A DNA stretch of 64,000 nucleotides from Caecitellus pseudoparvulus. Taxonomy: Eukaryota; Protista; Bigyra: Bicosoecida. Position numbers and translations under genes: made by a program. Numbering within the stretch: position 1 is the first letter of the stretch; every line of letters starts with the position of its first letter. This document shows positions 61,001-64,000 of the stretch, one piece after another. Location of the stretch: contig CBFFRQ010000053.1 of NCBI GenBank assembly GCA_965644315.1, positions 248,001 to 312,000 of the forward strand. Reading direction: 5' to 3'. A model generated the notes under the pieces. That model searched no databases. It had not been told where the DNA came from and saw only the letters and a list, made by a program, of their open reading frames with translations.

Positions 61001-64000
61001 CTGCCCCGAGGTTGCTTTGAAACGCACCCACGGTGTTTCCACGCAAGCACGCTGGTGAATAAGCATGTTCGCGCCAAGGTCGCTCAGGAAAGCCGAAGCA
61101 ATTAGAGTGTCGGCGTCGTCAGCAGCAGGCGCACTCGAAGTGAGGCCAAAGTGCTGCATGCTCGCCGACACGGCTATCAAAGCAGCCGAGTTTGAGGCGT
61201 TTCGCAGTCGGGCAAAGCGCTCCTGCTCCTCGTGGCCACGGGTGAGTGTGCGATGGTGGAGTGCGTAGTGAAGGGGTCTGGGAAGGCGCACCCGCTGTTG
61301 CTCCGGTAACCATGACTCCGGGTTGGCTCTCCAAGGACGTGGGAGGGTAATGGCGCTGGCGGCAATGAGCGTCCCCCGCTCGCCATCACCTGGACCAGGG
61401 TTTGCAAACCGAGGCACCGGCTCCGTGCTGGGTTGCAGAGCGAAGGCTTCGTCCGGGGGCAGTTGCAGGGCACCCGCATCTGAACGTGCGAGGTTGCTCC
61501 GCCTTGACCCGGCGCCCAACTGGTCGTGCTGAACAGCTGACAAAACGACAGCACCTGTGGCACGTGTGGCAGCTTGAGCAACACCCTCTGACGCACTGCT
61601 TTGCCCACGGTCTCTTGCAGAAGGTCGTGCCTCAGCCCGGGAAGCTCTGGAGGGGCCCTGCTCCGACCCTGACTGAGAGCCCAAATGTGGCCTGGACAGC
61701 AAGCGGCGATCCAAGAATGCCAGAGTTGTACCTTGGAGATCCTCTGACATGAGGGGTATTCTGTGGTCAACCCAAGCAGCAATCAGGGCCCCAGCCATGG
61801 ACACTGTCGGAGAAGCATCCACTTGAAGCGGAACTCCACGCCAAGCGTGGGATGCCTCGATGCTGGAGATGAAACTCGGGCGCGGTGCAGGTACTGCCTT
61901 GGACAGCCGGCAGAGCAATGCTGATGGGAAGTACACCCTGCTAGACCAGTGTGGCTGCGCGATTTCGCAGGGTCGAAGTGCAGGTGCCAGGTCCAGCAAC
62001 GGAGCAGGGAGCCCGTGCAGCCGCAGACGTGTGCCGGTGGAATTTAGCACCACGGCTGCACGACCAAAACCTCCGCGGCCCGCTGGGAGGTGTGTCCCTG
62101 GCACGTCACCACGAGCAATGTCGGGGTCCGAGCATGCTCTGAAGACGGCAGCGACGGCTCCCTGAGCTGCCGCAGGGGAACTTTCTTGGCCCTGTACCTC
62201 GAGGAAAGGCATGCTTGGCAGGGCATTGCCCTGGGCCTCTCCCACGCCACTGCTCCCTGGTCCAGCGTGGCACACGACGACAGGAGACTCAGCCTCACAA
62301 TGAACAAGCGGGGCGATGCCGAGGCTGGCTGTGCGGGCATATGGCAGCAATGCGGTCGTACCTGATGCAGCTGGAGTCAGTGGGTCAGCCCAGCATGGGA
62401 GAGGCTGCGGCTGTATCCCCCTTGTTGCAGGGTACACTGCCTCGAGCAGCACTGAGGAGACACCCAAAGCAACGCTCAGGTCGCCTGGGGTAGTCGGACA
62501 CCGCGCAGCGGCAGCGGACACCGGGGCATGTTCCAGGGCAGTGTGCAAGGAATCTGCCACCGCCTCGACGTCTACAGTTTCGGAGCCTGAAGCCACGGCG
62601 GCCGCTCGCCGCAAGAGCTCCTTGGCCACCACACTTGCGTGGCTTGCGTCTACAGGGGCTGGCCCAAAGCCGTCCCAGGCCGAGTTGGCCAATTTGAGCA
62701 TAGCTTGCAAGTGGGTCGAAGGCAGCGTCGACAGCAGTGGGTGCAGCAGGACAGGAAGAAGCTCCCCCAGCAGCGTGTGAAGGTTTGCAGTCAACAAAGC
62801 AGGTAGATCAAAGGAGGGCACGACACCTGCGTCTCCCGACGCTCCCAGCTGCTCATACACATCTGGCGGCGTGCCATCCTGCACGGCATCTGCCACTTGG
62901 TACGGCCCATCGCCCTGCCGCTGCGACCGTGACGGGCTCGGGCGTGCAACTGTAGCAACTGACTCCACATTGCGTCGGAAGGCTGAGAGCTGCTGCCCCA
63001 GCGCAGAAGGGCGCAGAGCCCTACCCTCAAGCGGTGTTGGCGGCGCAGAAACCGGCCTGTCAGCATCCCTCCCAGGCCGTTCGTATGCCAATGGGTCAGT
63101 CATCATGTTCAGCGTCTGAACGACCAGGTGGGCATTGGTGTGCACTTCCATCCGCACCCCAGCTGCCAAGAATCCCTGCCATGCCTCACCTGGCCTTGCT
63201 TGCAGGGGGGGGCGGTCTTGGGGGGGGGGGGAGAACTCACGGGGCGCTGCACCTGTCGGAAACTCCAGCTCTGTTTGTTCGGCAAGCCCCCTTTCCTCCT
63301 GTACAGTCTCAGACACATGCTGCAAGAGGCTGTGCAGCGACGCGACCCCCGTGTCTGCGACGACTGGCGATCCTTCAGCCATGCCAAGCGTCAAAGCCGC
63401 ACGGACGCAGGCGAACAGTCGCTGGGACGTGCCACTGCGCGCCATCTGCCAAAGCAGCAACTCGCTCGTGCCCACATGCTGAGAAACAGGCGTGCGGGAG
63501 GTGGTGCTGCCGCTAAAGCGGGCCGCAGTGCCACATAGAGGCTCCATGAGTGTTGCATCGCCAACAGACTGCGAAGCTGGTGGGCTCTCGGTCCCAGGAA
63601 CTTTGGATCCAGGATCAGCGACAGACAAAATCGTGACGATGCACCAAAAGAGCCAGTGAAGGTACTGCATGCGGCTGATGTCCAGCAAACCCCTTCGGGC
63701 AGCTGCAACAGCATCGCGCCCGAATGCTTCCTCGATGTCGGCTTCAGATGCGCCTTGAAGGAAAGCAAACAGGGACTCAACAGTGCCTGTGCCGGTGTTG
63801 AACGTTGTAGCGGGGGGCAAGAGGGCTGAGCGGTCACCAAAAGGCAAGCCTGCCCGGTGCTGCAGAACCTCCATAGCACTGCGTGGCAAAGGGTGCAGTC
63901 CAAGCCGCGCGGCATCCGGATGAAAGCCCAGCTCATCAGGGCATGTTGTCATGGGGTTCTCGCCAGTGTACGCAAATGTTGGCGCTGTAGGCTGCGAAGG
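46094..64000 (-). CDS. Giant HECT E3 ubiquitin ligase, HUWE1/TOM1/UPL1 type (5' end beyond window)
   Basis: C-terminal HECT motifs LDFDNKRTYF, FLGEEGVDAGGLRREWY, FVTGSSKVPLEGF, LPASHTCFNQLDLP and EGSEGFGMA. UBM-like repeats DAAVLATLPD and VSALPRQLQAEA. Long acidic linker. The frame stays open from 63952 to the window end. Confidence 0.9.
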   Translation of the reverse strand, partial: PSQPTAPTFAYTGENPMTTCPDELGFHPDAARLGLHPLPRSAMEVLQHRAGLPFGDRSALLPPATTFNTGTGTVESLFAFLQGASEADIEEAFGRDAVAAARRGLLDISRMQYLHWLFWCIVTILSVADPGSKVPGTESPPASQSVGDATLMEPLCGTAARFSGSTTSRTPVSQHVGTSELLLWQMARSGTSQRLFACVRAALTLGMAEGSPVVADTGVASLHSLLQHVSETVQEERGLAEQTELEFPTGAAPREFSPPPQDRPPLQARPGEAWQGFLAAGVRMEVHTNAHLVVQTLNMMTDPLAYERPGRDADRPVSAPPTPLEGRALRPSALGQQLSAFRRNVESVATVARPSPSRSQRQGDGPYQVADAVQDGTPPDVYEQLGASGDAGVVPSFDLPALLTANLHTLLGELLPVLLHPLLSTLPSTHLQAMLKLANSAWDGFGPAPVDASHASVVAKELLRRAAAVASGSETVDVEAVADSLHTALEHAPVSAAAARCPTTPGDLSVALGVSSVLLEAVYPATRGIQPQPLPCWADPLTPAASGTTALLPYARTASLGIAPLVHCEAESPVVVCHAGPGSSGVGEAQGNALPSMPFLEVQGQESSPAAAQGAVAAVFRACSDPDIARGDVPGTHLPAGRGGFGRAAVVLNSTGTRLRLHGLPAPLLDLAPALRPCEIAQPHWSSRVYFPSALLCRLSKAVPAPRPSFISSIEASHAWRGVPLQVDASPTVSMAGALIAAWVDHRIPLMSEDLQGTTLAFLDRRLLSRPHLGSQSGSEQGPSRASRAEARPSARDRGQSSASEGVAQAATRATGAVVLSAVQHDQLGAGSRRSNLARSDAGALQLPPDEAFALQPSTEPVPRFANPGPGDGERGTLIAASAITLPRPWRANPESWLPEQQRVRLPRPLHYALHHRTLTRGHEEQERFARLRNASNSAALIAVSASMQHFGLTSSAPAADDADTLIASAFLSDLGANMLIHQRACVETPWVRFKATSGQVLRWTAHPAREPQQQGVRLPIAPRSSPRARSQQVILGSDVSMRDVGDPMIERTLQAGLRSMLQAHLQPEWGSAAPGRTSPSPTPSLHQAATTERGHRFYGLQLRPRVEERSTHRRHVFDVLAAWSDSPGPVFNVSANSNVNSARGSRPRRVAAGGAPPLDVTNLEGTLSPAAPPPDAPSVMQQPDFLADGVYEPTCGEQFLLCPAPVLSRQETHSLDEAAGQALVQRFSTVRQVIAAVRTLTPSIATRLLLSASHAGPREPSQTKPDGPPSPPLATVLRSISIPPSASKSNAGAPNAPLPQYLHHAGRALLQLLLPRPVSAFRSLVGSLPFSVFEALQLPLPAALQPASHTMVASRATMSQWLCSAVAAACGAFVKCVHDAVEGGSAAPLEDSLFSQSSSALANLCAVLSSILFVDTESRVFASRCQVAIASPSGSTLHTNVSTALLHALTAVLSVSECSHPRIPVDYLPCNLGGDGVHGERESGLPSAPTWWTKWPAFVTPAVAVLDLLVQVRLPLQGTPVKVAVQHTMQASQQGDAEDAFLSSIVALAHSLNDCSLLSQGQVISSSRVAAGLLRMRCITPSAAAAVLSLVKHLIRRRTGALAFVAAGGVPALLSLPSESDFAGQAKHCASILKRVCDDHVSFLKRCEQDITMKVSQYMRRHNATPSGLPASGPARQVGGRRRGRGERDEASANRTSSSVTVSPAQQAAESHPRQDSPGILTMRQFLKLVAPVAVRDPGLFSLAVCIRLSCWTAMHGGEEEVYVAIRPQPQALALRSRMLQLLRSVSEGRIRVRSSWHADACPISEDTPAAQAALDARLLSKFPLELWYARGADMGRPAAPGPSWHSPLPAPASSSSVLFVPLVGGMTGSQLLPAASAEALARSAPSAVLPLSHMSSQASMMTYATHALFSCVLQGVLSWRAAAPDDQPHPVRMFSTQDPALAGSAWALTPARCVQVLTEVLNSFRPDTPFSLRPDEGSATQWGALLRADSSGRVDFTPLLAFFPESHPLVDSAWRLLAVCAAQADLPPFCMNSSAGDQPSKHGKATAKARTSPPSPPATVDLPLPDGVSMTGVPGRLRAYPFRDPVPSPARMAALTAGLDAARRNHAKCMAQGAAAGSPPSPMLVPTRKLQGTLAALGVGLVDGFTEYLAGANPALTTILSTVLPAFGWDDIGLLGCAPADAVSPQWPLPRAASFEQVTHSTVYNAQVQQVARARASWHICHSQATSSMAEGMLLAFARLSDLHAVLLLDHILRQLAVWARWGELKQEELVQKMMEAMPALHIPPAYLHASLRAAGVKALCNLAKAVLTDVPLKLESSSVGHRNIGRSLAALFATSNAEVNLALMPSGSLAVPPGGTVSPLASLSRVWQSPQYLPAEAHARGALSMLMSLIPTIEPDLPEAPEALSAVTGLLATLTATLQKSTKAQTLQVEPHSRLGLYNAAQFVQSLLSADVCQVDAETQKLFHAAPSGQQGLLALTSMVAACLAAAATSNVVDLPSVAHARVRSRALRVPQTEPRKGHGAARKRRRSAPLRQHHSPEDARAGHTLTPTGTSRDSNRHSAAPKVESGLPQTHAFPAALSNLGTGEAGASPPGSSGLGSVALRRADSADSVAFSVGQHDESDAEAEEDDARLGSERPNAAQAFPDSAQTTGEGADDADSEDEDDEGGDDVLVEALSDDDDLQLQQPGPDAVMMTSGDGEEPEVRRPRNVGFFRLGEGDSDDESTGGLQAVLRESGGGFGTSTHASQPGASAEDGTVTGTVVIEVSDPATGSTAEVTSGAVDTAPVVARVLGGAAGQAFVNHLLGSLGFSQLEAVLGGDLSEDGWSADGTRSEPGSGAESESSDSDSDSGLGSGSDSGSGSLAESPTLLVPLHQASLQDDPEHKEEDSDLVLEREVREHTSPPEEPAFSVVMRPFVASASQQARAQPGSSPQSGPGSDVRSLDPSPEPSSNAPGVSESRVPSPLTLGAAASPVAIDEGPTAGGVPPDSFAGLLGGDNVLSEAAARNSAGTAGGPHPASSQHSSQPVGSVTRLSFGSAQQPPDGVPTMLSLDAFRVGGLSSGVHDGPPQPNLNRGPPLRQILSATDLEAAPPSNEVGIASAPQHHAPTHERAGSSAAREPMQAHRGPQQPPGSLSSSALWPGLLPASMHSRQFSQPDEDEADDMHYGTRASGRLSPEARQSAASTTSNPLQSFMANVMDHMREIRSSPEFSQSAGSSQGQRPARLAMALASNPHLRMMSSGSLQRVQLTLLAEDDSTFRALRQRRAASGRSASASADAASVAGSAAGDILGQGDGDGGSTAMSAVPGDGEWGDIFMPGENVRQRTRRRGNSSRRRRGTQRAGIQLSDVWQAMGQGLPGAPERGTGITARRGSSSDAAPGSADGGTAAVERATAALRVPAMWSGASAEIGLRGDLLHLRGPTSSFQEAPSSGPSLGIFTSSAAQSMLSRGVETHHSAIAVLNRVRAEHGSEAAQDAVVAASSSVLPVFGLTLAAADSPQRHGTLSGSVHTARTSGATSFLGSHSRVVPALAALVLPSGYPGTSTGGGSLTASRRWSQELLATTPLVPVGGVLLMPPLREFGPLGLPTVSNASAARQGSNRVFISGDEEALGLLVHECLPGWLEHRFLRLLSQSGFTGAAFPHGQVPGSLALPRIEVGSDSALRVAGSEARRPGSWPSPRIGSADCDMPVLGSGSTWHMVRVRGPRVGAALSRVNSLTDGLQPDVAAGVSPSQSFASGLTTALAAAALAVPPSWYTFASTPHAAFLSSHHVEGLPPVPLPSPTPLSTSPLVRGSGVVEEEASSGPRPVKLPAPLESASTEQGAPPSPAGSTPPQAEPARLTARAGAPASTAQTGRGSAATQVMQIAGQLQDGHSGRGELGTMAGTATGGATQQAPSIPARVLSAMQQVGVETLPPDMDAAVLATLPDAVLVETLSALPGQQTEARPSGGATGEQGTAEVLMLLESVGQDARADVLLNLSPEQVSALPRQLQAEAESVRTSAALAASSRMAQAAAWQGSQGVAAGHAGSGSSGAPAPQHDILARHRLPQGGAAASPGASVAELPLPIPGVGDASLPVAVATTLGRMHRMVVAAAGHEVLNSAGAEGGPVWRQFSQTLAKCVRAVSAAGRNPTLSVPREVSQLSVQDAEAVLLPGAAELLTDAWEARDGSEAPAGAYVAHARIDTMQGMSMLGSRGSSEHEYDPLGLASTFGSDHDQVSGARSSGSVSQPNLRGVVRITDLTSEAGSGVNDPPLHALTQQQGGGVTNGVVPGFFPKLANGPRFGRVQRGPDYRNDSVPLGFDTETPRAYAWDAPTLQDVVPTVPMPARGRFPMLVLTDSRRSASDDVAGSLLVHGVSVTNISALLGLLFQPGAARAGMYEQVLTSLVAAPGAAVTVVDLLCSVLEGLPAALAAVHVKDPLHPMARAAHVLRAAKLVPPSHDEVQVAAATAAALQSGSSMPSSLVGKQPSAGVDSGSLLASVSYSTQPRYFTVTVAERALALLRALIHATPFSVAALLEGRWRRPAAAAVTAALTRSGGLPSPVTLPVPRSGGVKRPIAGHTTSPSLGSSPASPALREGVRPRSILQHMWSSDASGLDRLLQCLAEAPFSHSTEASEALLEAVNWALRPLEWLALDAANRRAHRVRSFLHVAALRHVVSVVCRRIASTGATGKSLGGVPLFTLLPSEMFTLRAALVHMSNTGVRIPLDLLPTLRLLARSMVVQDAKACGVGLESLGPAPEDMGTGDLRFTFFPPGHMSSAIAAAQRWRHLLFEMGAPLAEMKAPTRPPPPITPQSSGGDIQQVDPTPMLRSESAQYGMHVAGRGGEDFGAPIAGASATSLGRLLATVDGSQSRTGSAAPVLPSVHELVGSVANRQQVDVSALATRQSGASANAVTTPDARPCPVSASTGPQDRDRSEVVVSASGMPRMWWEPKQGYTNPLLDVSGDSSANLAKVHLGRGELIRHAMRHHLNGSAARVVCPICSAMPGGDPSYRSQNFIGHLKVRHPESLLHAGFGSAMLPSEMRELRAHITAKQTRRPSAAPPAVEQCLPPVDISSFPRSSALGRRAPDSGILVCPPLVSADAARALVMSLLQPGCNSKRATGRVIRALRLLCIVPGNKRRVMACISKAVEAAARGALLHLGRLSETIAVASASGGAVTMKTWASQSATTPGITLQALLQTLRVLVPLRVPSVTLPRSAVMPATDATADTSFIQIPMAAHAAVDVPDLSAAEDSSPPSEVSASWNVDIQGQHKFADVARELVNNADPALPPIATSLPPAGPWLARAESRFLGGIEMVSEAAVRDAVSCELAPLTSAPSTPHPSVPLEVSGVLNAQLSALLEPTWDALADALQATGKFLSKGGSGAETDDGDDAEGEAASSGEVRVRFGQATTAPPQLGMGAVAQRRPMHPGRRRSQSEDMEAFLAGGQFAAFGAEGAAGATPMLGSMAAPMSSSGSSGADDAEAEDDQGDVTDGKVTLPRHVFDRFLPLVRAFFLSHPVLDTGEEDEEDAAEGSATTPQAKSSASSRQAPARVVKVNAAMMRQQRVTRRRLASFTERTAEVLNGMLRVMPALLSSDFATLVQVPSCRVFLDFDNKRTYFRQRMAEVRKQKGSSRGVQLRVNRSRVFEDTFSDLRSRSAADMFGPISVTFLGEEGVDAGGLRREWYALMAREMMDPNKALFIPSADGGTFQPNPQSWVNEDHLAYFQLAGRLVGKAVLDGELLDVHFTRSFYKHMLGVPITFHDLEGIDPEYYKNLVNVLNMSIDDLYLGLTFSMSVDHFGDKRTVELLPGGEDMDVTDANKMQYVELLTQHKMTFAIQRQIDAFLSSFHELVPYHLISIFSESELELLVSGLPKIDMADLQENTEYVGFSPQDPVIKWLWAFLSNLNDQDKARFIMFVTGSSKVPLEGFGALQGMRGLQKFNIHRMSGATDARLPASHTCFNQLDLPQYSSEDVLQSRLLTAIREGSEGFGMA

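Noticed and set aside
1-64000. CRISPR arrays, tRNA/rRNA genes, transposons, endogenous virus or virophage genes
   Set aside because: I recognised no spaced direct repeats, structural RNA signatures, transposase/integrase/RT/capsid motifs or AT-rich inserts.

Overview
This is a eukaryotic, GC-rich, gene-dense window with about 23 protein-coding genes. It has short GT-AG introns (about 60-140 nt, donors mostly GTGCG/GTGAG/GTGGG) and very short intergenic gaps. Gene content (tubby, BART, PDE6D, a QRICH2-like protein) suggests a flagellated protist, possibly a stramenopile; that placement is inference only. Housekeeping genes are Nop4/RBM28 (partial), NOC2, RPS3, malic enzyme, an RPB3/RPC40-family polymerase subunit, a rhomboid protease, a cyclophilin and a partial giant HUWE1/TOM1-type HECT ligase. 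The standout locus is an apparently intronless 1529-aa ORF (33274-37863, minus strand). It fuses a CYP74-like cytochrome P450, an ~8-helix membrane module and a C-terminal iron lipoxygenase, which looks like a single-polypeptide oxylipin pathway. Other notable items are a redox-dead nucleoredoxin fused to a stand-alone p97/Cdc48 N-domain, an RNF114-type Di19 zinc finger inside the HECT ligase, and a recurrent sense-strand AATGCA hexamer just after stop codons (candidate polyadenylation signal). No rRNA, tRNA, CRISPR array or mobile element was recognised. All calls come from manual motif reading; no database searches were run.
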